This document shows positions 26,416-39,469 of a stretch of 64,000 nucleotides of DNA, piece by piece (position 1 is the stretch's first letter; every line of letters starts with the position of its first letter). Below the pieces are notes generated by a model, which had not been told where the DNA came from, did no database searches, and saw only the letters and a list, made by a program, of their open reading frames with translations. Origin of the DNA: Peribolospora baueri (taxonomy: Eukaryota); contig JAMDHS010000040.1 of NCBI GenBank assembly GCA_029717555.1, positions 62,001-126,000 of the forward strand, given 5' to 3'. The position numbers and the translations under genes were made by a program.

Positions 26416-29207
26416 CTAGGATGTATGTGATGACGTATCTATGCCTTCATTTTCTCGGGAAGAAATGATGTCCACGGTCTGAAGCTGTTCAGACCATTCC
26501 ACGACTCGCGGATCCACAGTCACTTTGCTGTGCGCATGAGGATAAGTCCGCAAGTGATACATATTTAGCGAATGAGGCGATGAGAGTGGCGGTGATGCCG
26601 AACAATGATTTCGTGCTCACCTAGGATCAAAGTTGTCAACTTGTAGACCCTGCAAAGACGTTGCCCTGCTGAGAGCAACGTACGCTTGACCTGTACAGAA
26701 AGAAATTTGGCGGTGAATACGACACGGGAAGCCAGGGCGTTTCAAACAAACGCGTCGGTTCACGCACCCGTCGCGAATGCCTTTCCAAGGTCGATCTTCA
26801 CTCTGTCCAATGTCTGCCCTTGGCTCTGTTCATGCGAAAGGAGACGGTCAGAAAAATCTGAACTGAGCCGCACAGGCTCAACAATCAACGACAGTCTTAC
26901 CTTATGAATGCTGATAGACCAGGCCAAGATCAATGGAATCTGGAAAAGGTGCACAGAATCCACGCACCCTTCAGCACCTTCCTTTCCTGTGAAAGCTCCG
27001 CAATCTAACCCACCTGCGTTCTCTTCGCCTGTGTTTTACCCTTCGCGTCCTGCACCTCGAACGTGACTGGCGGGATGATGAGCATCTGACCAGTCGTAAA
27101 TCGAACGATGGGCCATGTCGCCTCGGCCTTCTCCACCTCGGCTCCTCCGCTCGTCTCTTGCTTTCCCACCGGCCAAGCAACCCTAGCGACTCTCAAGATG
27201 TCCTCGTTCACCCGGCCCTCCACCACTCGTTCCGTCTCAAAGTCCCAAAAACCGACCACGATCCCCAGACTCCCGTTGACGAGCCGTTCCAGTTCCATAT
27301 TCTGTATGAGCATGACGCTGGCTCCCAACTTGAGCTCGAGAGAGGTTTGGGCGAGTGTGCAGAGTTCCAGGTACCGTCTGGCGTTCCTCAGGTACTCTTG
27401 TCGCCGTTTCTCCGACTTTTCGCGGTGGAAGGGATAGCGCTGGCTGTAATCAACCGCCGGGTAGATATGAGGCGGTGACGGTAGAGAGGCCAACCTCGCC
27501 CTGTTGGCGGCAGAGACCTGAGCACGCAATGGATAGCTGAGCGACAAGTAGACGCGTCAACGCCCACGTACGCGCCCCGCTAACGCAGCATTCAGAGCTC
27601 GGCCTAGAAGGTCAGAACACGTACAGTTCCACTGCCGGGATGTCGTCGTCGTATTCCACGTTTCGAGACAGTGACTCAAAAACGCTTATCGTCTTTGGAG
27701 TGAGCTTTCCATGACGAACCTCATTCAACATCTTGACAAACTCTGGCCGAGGGAAGGACAACAGAACGTGCGAGTTAGTCACGGATGAAAGAGAGTCACG
27801 CCTAGGTTAAGGCTCACCCGGGTCCTCCTGACGGAAGACCGTCTGGAGCATTAGCACATCCTGTACGCAATCCGTCCAAGTCTTGGCGTCGAACACAAAG
27901 CGCGAACGATATCCCGCCGCCTGATCTTCGGGCGCAAGACCCATGGACTCAAGCATGTATCCCTCTATGAGCTCTTCGTAGCTCAGTAAGGGCTCCTCGT
28001 TCGTCCTCAAAACCGGAGGGAGCTGGTAGAAGTCGCCTGATAGGATGAGTTGAATGCCACCGAAGGGCCGAGGGTCCCCGCGAAGTTTGCGGGCAAGGTA
28101 TTCCAACTTGTCGAACAGGACGGCGTCCAGCATGGAGACTAGAGAGCAGAAGCACGCGCCAGCAAAGCCCAACGTCAGCCATGCACCTTGTTACAACCAC
28201 TGCAAAAATTGAAGCCTGCCCTTACCTTCATCGATGATCAGCACTCGAACTTCCCTCCACTTCTTTATCCGTCTCTTCTTTTTCAGCAAAACCTCAAGCT
28301 CCTCTTTGGATCCCTTTCCAATGCCAATACCTTCGAGCATGAACGCAGACGTAGCAGTACGGATTCGTGAGCTCTCGACAGCCCTCGCTTCCTCACTGAC
28401 GGGGATAGAGACGAACCAGCCCAGGTATGAAGCGTTCCACCTCCGATCATATTTGCGGCGATTCCCGTGGTGGCAGTAACGGCCACGGCCGCTTTGCCGT
28501 GAATGCGACGTAGATCCTCGATGATCTTGCGGAGCAAGACCGATTTTCCCGCGCCTGACAAAAAAAGAGGAGGAGAAACGGAGACGCTGCTATGGGTAAG
28601 CACGAAGATGTTCTGAATGAAAGGTGAATGAACTTACCGGCACATCCCGTGAAGAAGATGCTCCTGCCGTCCTGAACAACCTTTTGTCGCACCGCCTCCT
28701 GCTCCTTGGAAAGGCTGATATTTGGAGGCGATAATTTAGCGGCAGCCTTTCCCTTCCATATCAATCCCCCCTTGGACTTGGGGGCCAGAAATGCGGCAAG
28801 CGTCGATGGTTGATCTGGATCTAGGGAAAAACATGCACATTTTGAACCGAAGTGGCGAAGCCGGGTTGGTGAGTTTCTCGCTTCGAGGATCGGACATGCG
28901 CAACGGAATGCTCACCTGGCGCACCCAGTAAATTAAGACGAATGTACTTCTCCGCCTCCTCCGTTGATATAAACCCCCTGGCTCTGCAACCTTTATATCC
29001 CCGAGTGTGCTCTTTCACATCGGCCCTGTGATTAAAACAGCGCCGTCGTATTCAGTCCTCGGCCTGGTGCGCGCTCGGTGCGACATCGGATATGCAAGGC
29101 ACAAGGCGCACACACCATGTTTCATAGACCCTGGCGCCATGTCTTCCGTTGAGAGTAGCGTAGCAAGAGAAGCGCTGCCGGGCGAGGGCGATCAGCGACC
29201 GTTGCAT
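26416..29207 (-). CDS. PIF1: Pif1-family 5'-3' DNA helicase (paralog A) with N-terminal RNase H1-type hybrid-binding domain
   Basis: [26 protein letters not shown], Pif1 signature [70 protein letters not shown]. The 5' exons splice in frame to [44 protein letters not shown]. Confidence 0.9.
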
Positions 29208-29540
29208 TGGTTGGCGAGATGGGCGGCAAAGGTGCTAGGACCTCCTACAACCGGGGCCCGTTCCTTGGCAAAAGATTGTAAGCTGGTGTCTAGCACTCTT
29301 TGGTTTCGCCTTCTCCTTCACGAAAAAGCGCCTCCTCACGACAAACGTGGTCGTCGTGGGCGCTTAGCAGAGCATTGGATGAAAGGAAGATCGAAGGAGA
29401 GCTGAACGGGCGCCGGCAACTATTTAGAGCTGCGGCGTCGGCTGCGGTGCCGATCATCACGCTTGCCTCCCCACCCGACGTCTTCTTGCGGTGGGACGAT
29501 CACCAACCTCAAAACCGTCGAGCCGCCTGGGCAGCCCGGA

Positions 29541-30118
29541 ATGTCGGCGCAACCGTCAGAGCAGCCCACAGGGCAGGAGCAAACGTACTACGCCGAGAAC
29601 GTACTACACAACGCGAAGCAGACGTACTAGTGAGTGCGACACGGATCCTCACCGCACCGGCTGCTTGCTGGCTGGTGCTGGCGAAACGAACATCAGCTCA
29701 CCTCCTCGCCTCGTGTGCTCTTCTCCGTCCGTCCTCCTCAGCGTCCGATCCACCGTCGCCTCCGTTTCCGGCTCGGTAGCGGGCATTTTGGGGCTTACAA
29801 ACTTGAAGGGCTTTTATTTCTATCTTGTCTCCTCCTTTCTCTCCACCCTCGCCATCCTCCTCGTCAATTGCAAGGGCCGTCCGAGCCGGTACATCCCCTC
29901 CTCGTCGGGACTGTCCTCTTCTCTCCCCGTGACAATCTTCAAGCTCATGACCGAGGGACTTCAGGACAACCTGTTCAGCTTCGTTCTATGGTGGACGTTC
30001 TGGTTTGGCATTATTCACGGTAAGTGTTCAAATCGCTATGCTCATGTTGCTGCCAGCGTGTCCGGAGCGTGTTGGAGCGTTACCTGACTTGCCACATCAC
30101 TTCTCAGTCTACGATTGA
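29541..30118 (+). CDS. EMC6: ER membrane protein complex subunit 6 (Rab5ip family)
   Basis: YYAENVLHN...VSGSVAGILGLTNLKGFYFY...FSFVLWWTFWFGIIH|VYD*. Confidence 0.9.
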
Positions 30119-30308
30119 TCAGAAGGCCCCCCCTTCGCTTTGCACCATGAGAGAGGATATACTCGGCAGACATTCATTACACGTGCTTGTACTCTATTGC
30201 CCATAGAATACCAATCCCCCACCTACAGTAACTTACAGACGATGGGCAAGTACCGAATCGCTTCATTCAAAAAAAAATGGCAGGAACATGGTATGGGTAC
30301 TACAGAGA

Positions 30309-32083
30309 TCATCGCAAACGTTGCGCACGGCGGTTGCGGCTGCGCAGCAAAGGGAGGGGAAGCGGGCGCGTGAGTGACTCTGTCCGATTAAAAATCACCG
30401 AGCGCGAAAAAGGCGGGGTACTCACCGGCCGTCACGATCTCTGTCCCTCTCGCGTTTGATCAGCTCCTCCTCGCTGAGAACCTCGAGGCTCGGACCAAAC
30501 TCCGTCTGCCTCGTCCACTCCCTCCACACGCCCCGGAGCCTCTCCGCTCCTTTTCCTTCCTGCCCTCCCCACCCTGTTCCGGCGGAAGCTCCCGTGCCGT
30601 CTTGTCCGAGGACACCGATTTCGAGCGCCGTGCGCTTGTGTCGCAGGAGCTCGTCGTGCAGGGCGTGTGCGATCAAGGGTAGCGACTCGCCTGAAAGACC
30701 GAGGTCTCGGCAGAGCAGGGCTGCGAACGCCTCGGGTGTGAGTGGGGACGTCAAGTCCCATTCGATACGGTCCCTAAGATGGTAGTTTTGGATTTGAAGA
30801 TCGAGCTGTCGCGAATGGGTCGGTCGAGACAGCACATGAGAGGGGCGCGCGAAAGACGGGAAAGGAACGATGACGACACGCAGCAGCGAAGACGCGTCGA
30901 GGAAGCACAACTCACGTCGACGTAGACTCTCAAATCATCCTCCTCGTGGCCGCCATTGGCCTCTTCGATCCTCACATCCACCCTCTCAACATCCAAAGCC
31001 TGATTTCCGCTCTGGCCCACCTTCGTCTTCCACTCTTCGTCCGCCCAGATCTCCTCCCAAGTCCGCTGTAGCCCGTGGTCCCACCCCTCATCCTCCCTCG
31101 CGCCGCCCGCCGTGGTCAGTTGCATCTCCGCTACGCTGGAATACCGTTGCAGCTGATCCCGGATGGATGCTTCGATCTGCTCCGCGTACGGCGTCTGCGG
31201 GATGTCCAGGTCGGCGCAGAAGATTCGCGCAAAGGCCGATGGAGATATGAGTTTTTCTAGATCAAGTCGAAAGATCCGTCAGTACGCTGCTGTACACGCT
31301 ACATCGCGGGGGGGAATAGCGGGCTCACCGTTGACGTTCCACATGAAGACGTCTCGTATGCGAAGCGAGTCCGTGTTGAACTCTATGCGAATGGGAACGA
31401 GGACCTCTCGATTTCCCGCGTACCGGGTGAGGTCGTAATCGGGGCTGCTCCGCATGAGGAAATGCGTAAGACGAGTCAAGAGAAGAGCAGAAAAGACGAT
31501 GGAACGCAATCCAAGGCTCTACTCACAAATACACGTGTCTTGTCTTCTGAGCCTCCTTTAGGAACACCTGATTTCCAGGCGCAGGTAGGCCAAGATAGCA
31601 TCGTTCCTCCTCCTCCTCCGGCGCCGGAGTCTCGTCCACGTTCGGCGTGCCCTTGCCTCCCCGACCGGTACCCCCATCGTCGCTGCTCTCGAACAGCCAG
31701 TCGTCGTCCGAATTCCCCTCCCCATAGTTGACAATGCCCGCCGCCGCTCTACGTCTCGTATCCCCTCTCCGTGGTCGACCACCCGGTGTCGCGCCATCCG
31801 CGAAACCCGGTTCGCCGCGCTGGTCGGGGGGAAGCGGCTGGACAAGCGCGGTCGTACCGGCGCGTAGCCGCGAAGGATAGGTGGTGCACTTTGCCTGCGC
31901 GCGCGAAAGCGGAGTGAAAGGCGGTATAGGTGCCGAGGTGCTCCCCAGTGGCTGTGGTGCCGGGGCGACAGGCTGAACGAGGCCGGGATAGGCATTCAGG
32001 GCTCCTGGCTGTGGGTAAGCTGGCGCAGGCGAGGCGCCCAGCGAGGACGAGCCGCGCGGGTTACGCCGTGGTCTACCGGCCAT
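30309..32083 (-). CDS. SFH1: RSC chromatin remodeller subunit Sfh1 (SNF5 domain)
   Basis: TTYPSRLRAGTTALVQP, EVLVPIRIEF...IRDVFMWNVN, LRDRIEWDLTSPLTPEAFAALLCRDLGLSGE, FGPSLEVLSEEEL. Confidence 0.9.
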
Positions 32084-32423
32084 AATGAGAGGTCAGCGAT
32101 GGTAAGCCAGAGAGGAGAGCGACGCTTGTAAAAGGCTGAGAAGGGAGAGGTAAGCCAGTGGTCGTATTGACGACCAAGTCGGACGGCGAAGGAAGAAAGA
32201 AAGCAAAGCAAGTGGCATCGGCCGCGTCGCGTTGCATTGCATCGACGATGCCGCAGCTCGATCAGATCAGATCCGCCCCTGTTGTTGTCTGCAAGCGTGG
32301 ATGCGATCATGAGACTTCGCCGTCTGCTTGAATGAGCTCGCGCGGTTCCCGTATCGCTCTTTCGGAGCAAAGAGAGCAAGCGGTCAGCCCAGTACGGCTG
32401 CGGAGAGCCTTTGTCCTTGAACG

Positions 32424-35400
32424 ATGGTGCGCTATCCGGCCGCCACGTGCGAAGATTCGTGCGGCCTGTCGTGCCGACGCTCACGAGTGAATCCTGATAT
32501 TGTATTCCAGCCAAAGGACTACGACCGGAGTGTCAATGCCAAGCCCGCTCGAGGCGGCCCTCCCATCGTCACCACTGGCAGCTCAAAGTCGGTCGCTCTC
32601 AGTTCGTTGCCGCTGTCATCCTTCTCTTCGCCTCCTCGCACCGCCCGATCCGCAGAGTCCCGCTCGCCGGGCTCTCCGACAAGGCTAAGTTCTTCGCCAC
32701 CTCCCTCACCTTCCGATCGTGTTGGCGGACGACCCGGGTCTTCGAGCCTAAGATGCCTTTCGTCGCCCACGAGCAAAGGCAAAAAGACTGGCCGGTACTC
32801 CCAGCATCAGTTGTCGTCACCACACGCATTCCACATACAGGAACCCCGTCCCGTTCCTGAGCCGACGACGTCCGGTAAGATCCCGCCTGAAGGCCACGGA
32901 TCAGGTCTCTTCCGGCATGAACCTTCTTTCAGCGCAACACAATACTCCGATCGGATGGAGTCGTCATCGTCACCATCGCAAGCTTCGATGGGCCAGCGCT
33001 GCTTCGTCGACATGAACGAATCCAGCTCACCCATGGCGGTGACGGAGGACCTAGACGACGCCGCGCAGCTGCAAGATCTCGGGATTGGATCTCTAATCGA
33101 AACCACGTTCGCTTCACCTTCAACCGTATCTCCACCAGGCTTGCCGGCAGAGTCACGAACTCTGAATGAGCATGGAGTGCAGATCCAGCTGTCGGATGAG
33201 CAGGAGCGGCTGAGACGCAAGATTGTAGACGAGGGAAAGTCCATCTTCTTCACGGGATCTGCGGGTGAGCGTACGATCCATTTCTCTATCGATTTGCCCT
33301 CGTCCTTGTGTGCACAGGTACTCGGCGAGGCGACGTCATGGCGTTCTTACCATCTCGCATGCATTTTGTAGGGACGGGCAAGTCAGTCCTTCTTCGACGG
33401 ATTATAGCTGACCTCTGGGACAAGTATGGCAAAGAGGCCGTAGCGGTGTGAGCCCCGTTTAACTTTACGCGGTAGAGACGTCGACGCTCAGATTTTGTCG
33501 GACTGCATCCTTGATAGAACCGCTACGACGGGCATCGCTGCAGTGAACATTGGCGGCACAACTTTGCACTCTTGGGCGGGTGAGCCTTGAAAATCACGAG
33601 GCCTCGCTTTCGCATGCTGTCGAACTCGCACTGATCTGTATGCGTTACAGGTATTGGGCTCGGCAGAACTCCCGTTCTTGAACTCCGCCGCCAAGTTTAC
33701 TTCACTCCTCACAAGGGGGTTCGACAACGTTGGCTCGGCACGAAGGTGCTGGTCGTGGACGAGAGTGTGTGTCTGATCGTCTCCGATTCATCTCGTGCTC
33801 AATATCTGGCCTGCTCACCGTACCGGCCGTTCATCCTCCAGTTTCCATGCTTGACGCCATTGTCTTCGATAAATTGGACCATATCGGCGGTTACGTGCGC
33901 GCCATGGACAATTTGGGGCATTTGCAGGACGTGGATGAAATCCCCCCAGAGAACTTTACTCCTTTCGGAGGAATTCAGCTCGTGCTGTGCGGTGAGTCTT
34001 ATGGTGCATCATAGCTTGAAAGGGACGCTCCTTCGTCAAGGTTTCGAGATCTTCACTCGATCCTTAAAGGTTGTTCTTCCATTAGGCGACTTCTTCCAGC
34101 TCCCACCTGTGATCAGCGATGGCGACTCTGTTCGACTTACTCTTGAAGAACAACGACTGAAGAAAACAGACGGAGTAAGGGCTTGGGAGGGCAAGCGAGC
34201 CTTTATGGACGAGCGAGATCGTTATCACCCCACCCGCTTCGTATTTGATGCTCACGGATGGAGAAGATGCGTTCAAGAGATACATGTGCTCAAGAAGGTA
34301 TGGAGGCAGAAAGATGAAAGTGGGTAACGGGTGTTCCTTTGATTAGCAAGCGCATACGATCCCCCCTCTCAGTGCTCCACGTGTTCCCGCTCTAGCCTTC
34401 GTAAAACTTCTTAATCAAGTCCGGTTCGCCAAAATGACCCAAGAAACGGTTGAAGTGTTCCGGACTTTGGAGAGGGAGATTCCGTCGTCGGCCGCGGGGG
34501 ATGTCACAGAACTGTGAGCTCGCAGCTTTCCACGTCCGCTCGCACTGGTACTCAACCTCCTTTTGGCTCGGTGAAACAGGTACCCGACACGAGAGGAAGT
34601 CGGCAGGGTCAACCAGAAGAGACTGGTCGTTCTACCGGGATCGACACGTACCTTCTTCTCCAGAGACCTTGCCCCCCCTTGGGTCGAGTTCCCGGGCAAC
34701 TGGGAGCCATCCAAGAAGGAAGGATACGTTAGGAGGAAGCTCGAGCACAACGTGATGGCGCCGCAAAAGCTCGATCTCAAGGTTGGCGCGACAGTGATGC
34801 TAATCAAGAATCTCGCGCAAGACGGGTTGGTCAACGGCAGCACAGGCAGGGTCATCGGGTTTCGGAGGCTAATGCACGTCGAATCTGCTCAGCAGCAAAA
34901 GTCTCAGGAGACGAGCATGACGAAATTATCAGACGGAGGAGAGGCGTCGGCAGAAGAGGCGACGTTGCAACACGTCGGTATTGCGCGCCCGGCTGACGAA
35001 AGGAAAGTCGACGGCGCGCTGGCGATGATCCAAGCGGAACGACAGCGGATCGATGCTCGACGAATGGAGGAGGCTTCCAGCGCCGGAAGACTAGTCAACG
35101 ACGCTGCGTTGCCGAAGAAATTGGCCTATCTTGGGACACAAACAAACTCTGCATCGCCGCCCATGTCCTCTTCCAGAAACGCCAAGAAAGTGAACATAGG
35201 CTCGGGCAGAACGGGCATGGGAAGCGAGTTCGATGCGATCCCCGACATCCCATGGCCGGTGGTGCAGTTCTCGTCGGGTCAAACGCTCATCATTCCGGAG
35301 ATGTCATTCGAGGTGCAGGATGCGGTGGGCAATGTCGAGGTGGTGCGGAAACAGGTTGGATCCCTATTTTTCCTTGTCCTCAAGCCCCACGCACCGGTTA

Positions 35401-36163
35401 TTGAAATAAGCTTTTACGATGTTTGCGGGGGTCTGTAGGTGCCTCTTCTGCATGGATGGGCGCTGAGGTGAGTTTGATGGAAATCTCGGAAGAAGTATTT
35501 GGTGTGAATTCCGATTCTAACTGCCCATCCGCGTTCTAGCATTCACAAGTCTCAGGGACAGACGCTCGACCGGGTGAAAATTGATCTTGGACGGACGTTC
35601 GCACCTGGTAGGTGGTAGACGTGCGTGGCCTTTGACGCATTCGACGACGGCTCGCTTCATGAACCGCTTGTTCCGGTACTTTCTACCACACTCCAGGTCA
35701 AGCCTACGTCGCCTTGAGCAGAGCCACGTCGCTGGCCGGCCTTCAAGTGCTCAATTTTCGGGCCGAGTGAGTAGACTTTGTGGCCTGATCTTTACGGTCA
35801 TTGACGTGCCGTGCCGTCTTTCCTCATCCACTCTTTTCTTCTTGCTGCCTTCGGAATGGCCGATCCAGAAAGGTGCGAGTAGACGCTCGCGTCCTCCAGT
35901 GGGTTCAGACGATCGAGGGAGCGCCGTGTGCACCACTCCCCCTTCCGCCTTTTGAGCGCCGCCGACAGCCACAACCCAGCGGTCGCGGCAGGTTTCACAA
36001 CGGGCGCGGGAAAGGAGCGGGCGGGAGGGGCGGCGGCAGAGGTCGGGGAGAGAGCGTGCGGATCCGTGGGCCTTTGGACGACGACGACGAGGAGTTGTTC
36101 GGAGACATGACGGCAGAGGACGAGCAGGCTATCATCGCCACGATGGAAGAGGCCGGCTTCTAA
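32424..36163 (+). CDS. PIF1: Pif1-family DNA helicase (paralog B)
   Basis: [68 protein letters not shown]...[36 protein letters not shown]. The start codon is uncertain because the N-terminus is Ser/Pro-rich. Confidence 0.9.
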
Positions 36164-36753
36164 TAATGACATCCATCTTCGCCTGATTCGAATTCGTGCG
36201 GCGGTGCCCTTTCGCTCGCCGTGAAAAAAAAATAAAAATAAAAATAAAAAGATGTCCGTCGACCGCGTCGCGCTTTATCTTGTCGGCGACCCCCCCACCC
36301 CCGGCCCGGGCAAAATCGTAAAATCGAGGGGGAAGCGAGAGGAGTGCGACGGGACCGACTTTTGATGTGCTACGCAGACCATGCCATGCATACCTCATTT
36401 CTACCTTACATCGAGATTCAAGAACAAACGAAAGGAGGACCGTGCCACACATCCACGCATCTGAGAGGCGGATCGTTAGACCGAACAAAAAAATAACAAA
36501 AACAAGAATAAAAACGAAAGAAGGAGGAGACGGATGGCCGATCCAAAGAGGTACTTAATCCGATTGTCCAATCCCACGCACGTAGACACTGCAAACTCCA
36601 TCACTGCCCCGCCCCGGCCACCGCCACCGCCACTGCTTCCGCCCGCTTCCGCTTCTCTGGACGCTAGCTCCTCTTCACGCTCTTAAGCCCTTCACAACAA
36701 CGACCAGCTGGCTGGCACAAAGGTCAACTGTTCAGCGATTCAGCGACGGCCTT

Positions 36754-38640
36754 CTAAGCGCCACCGACGGCCATACCACCGCCGATAGTGATGCCGATGA
36801 GGACAACAAGGAGGGCGACGGCGACGTTGGAGCTGGCGCGAGGCATCTCCGAGGACGCGGCGGCGTTCTTGTCGTGCGATGAGGCTTTGGGCCCGCTCGC
36901 TGAGCCACTCGAGGCGGGGCTCGTGACGGCCAGTTGGGCCCAGGGGTAGGTCACGCCGGAGCTGGGAGGAGAAAGCGGTACGAGGGTAAGAGGAGCGATT
37001 GCAATGCTATTGTCCGCATGCTCTTGGGAGCAGACGACTCACGGAGTGGGAGACGAAACCGTCTGGCAGTTGCTGCTCGCGGGAGGAGCGACGGGGAGAG
37101 GTGTGGGGGTCATGCCTTGGGTGAAAGTGTAGCTCTGACGACCGGTGGGCGTAAAGTGAGGACGGACGGACAGAACGACGGTGATGGTCAGTCGTCTCAT
37201 CGTATGAAAAAAAAAAGGTCAAAGAAAGGCAAGCAAGCTCACAGAGTTGTACACGCCCACGGGGAGGCCCTGATCAGCGTCGCAGTTGGTGAAACCGGGC
37301 GTGTCGTCTTGAAGGCGAGAGACGATGAGAAATAGGACGCTCTCAGGACGGCGTGCATTGGTCCAAGATGGCTATGCGGCGACGAAAGTGTACACTCACA
37401 GTCACCAGGCTGCACCCAGAGGCAGCCCATGAGGTCGAAGCGATTGTTGCCTACGATCGTTGGGATGAAACCGAACGGAAACGTGAGGCCAGCGCGTCAG
37501 CACCGGTCGAACCAAGACAAAGCCAAGCCGAACCGGAGAAGCGCCAAAAAAGGATTGTTGACGACTCACAGTAAGGCAGGCTCTGACCGCCAGTGCAGGT
37601 CCTGAGGCAGAAGGTGCCGTCGCCGGGAATGTCTTGGAAGGGCAAGCGACATTGAGGAAAGACAAAGAGAATGAAGCGCAAGCGACATTGAGCAAAGACA
37701 AAGAGAATGGACGGCCGCCCTTGACGCTCCTCTCACTCACCGCAACCTCCGATGAATTGGGTAAAGTTGGTACCCTGGGTGACCGCCGCTCCCACCGGGT
37801 TTCCGACGTTCTGGGCACCGTGAGAGTCTTGAGCACGAGAAGAAGAGGACGACGAAGGAAGGAAAGAGATGAGGAAGAAGCGAGGAAGGGGCACGATGAA
37901 GAAGAAAGACGTGGAAGGGGAAAAGGAAAGGAAAGGAAGGGCTCACCATACTCGCCGCCGCAATCGCTCGGATTGAAGTTCATCTTCGTCCAGTCGAACG
38001 TGCCGGAGACCTGGACTGGAGGCGGGAAACGGGCGGCGGGGTCAGTACGCTCGGCCCTTGTTCGAAGCGTCCGGGCCTCTCGACGTGGACGCACCATAGT
38101 TGGACGTCCTCCTAAAGTGTGCGGTCTTAATGAACCCGTCAGGCATAGGACGGGTATCATTGAAGGGGTGGACGCAGTAGGCCACCGCGTCCGCCTCGGC
38201 GTCCACGAGGTTTTCTTTCGTCGGGTCGGGAGGCATAAAGAGGCAGAAGCTGGGAGGGGCACGAAGGACGAAGGACAGCGAGTGAGCCATGAGCACCTAG
38301 CCGCCCGGCTCGTCGGCGGTTCTTTTGTTCTGGCCGTTCCTTTCCCCCTTCCACACACACCAACGACTCGCTGCCTCGTCCGACACGGCACTCACTCATT
38401 AGCGCTGTTGATATAAGCCTGCCTGCCCATGCCGGCCATGCTCGGCGGGGGAAGGCCGGCACCGGGGCCGGAGGCGGGGGCGACGGGGGTCCAGGTGCCG
38501 GCGTGGGCGGAGGCGGTGACGGTGGGGGGACGGGGGCCGTCGCCGGAGATGAGGGGAATGGTGGTTGTGGGCGCCTGTGCGGTGACGGGGGGGATGGAGA
38601 GGGAGAGGGAGGCGACGAGAAGGAAGGCGGGCGCCAACAT
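36754..38640 (-). CDS. Secreted, probably GPI-anchored mannoprotein (MP88 / macrophage-activating glycoprotein-like)
   Basis: Signal peptide MLAPAFLLVASLSLSIPPVTAQ, AVAYC...TRPMPDGFIKTAHF..T.NYVQVSG, DCGGEYDSHG, FCLRTC, and a Ser/Ala-rich then hydrophobic C-terminus. Confidence 0.7.
37642..37709. repeat. Intronic 36-bp tandem duplication
   Basis: gcaagcgacattgaggaaagacaaagagaatgaagc is followed by gcaagcgacattgagcaaagacaaagagaatg (one mismatch). Confidence 0.85.
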
Positions 38641-39469
38641 GATCTTTTGCTTTGGGGTGAAGGGAGCAAGGTGGGAAGGGAGTGGGACGGCGATGGGGAT
38701 GAGTTTGATGAAGTGATGTAACAACGAACTTGCTATCTTCTTCTCCTCTCCTTCTCCCCTTGCTTCTCTTCCCCTCGTACGACCCCGGATCGTCCGGGCC
38801 GGCGCAACCGCGCTCGTACGCCCGCCGGCTGTTGAACACGGCGACCATACACCGGCCAGAGCTGCCCGTGGACACTCAGTCAAGTCAAGTAAGTGCAAGT
38901 GGCGCTGATGGCCAACGACAACGAAGGCCCTTCTCGGTGGCTCAGGGAGTGGAGTAAGTGAAGTAGAGGACAGAAGGGGAAGATGAAAATGAAATGAAAT
39001 CGCTTCCGCGATCATCGGCAACCCAGCCGGCGTCCCCCTCCCCCTTTGCCGTCGACCGCCACGTCTTAGCAGCGAGCGTCAGAGTCGAGCGTCGACGCCG
39101 ACGAAATCCACTCCACACCGTTCAGCGGGACCGTCCTGTCCTTCTTCGACACTCGCTCGCCCACCCTCTTCCCTGCTCATCTCGCCGCACAGATCCTTAT
39201 CGTGGACGGCCGACAAAGGTCCCCAAATTAGGCACAGCAAGGCACAGCCTCCGTCCTGCCCCGCCCCCTCAGGTCGCTGACAATGACGAAGAGCTATGGA
39301 GCGATAGCAAGATGAGGTAGGTATATATGGATGGATCGCAAGGGGCACACAGAACTGGTCACGAAGACGGCAGCGGCCCAAATCCAACCTTTCCCGCTTC
39401 CACGACTTTTCTAACGAAATGTGAATGGAAAGAATCAAACCCGAACTTGGACTCGGACTCGGCCACCCC

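Noticed and set aside
26416..36163. Helitron transposons
   Set aside because: There is no HUH Rep domain, the genes have many conserved introns, and they sit among housekeeping genes. They look like cellular Pif1.
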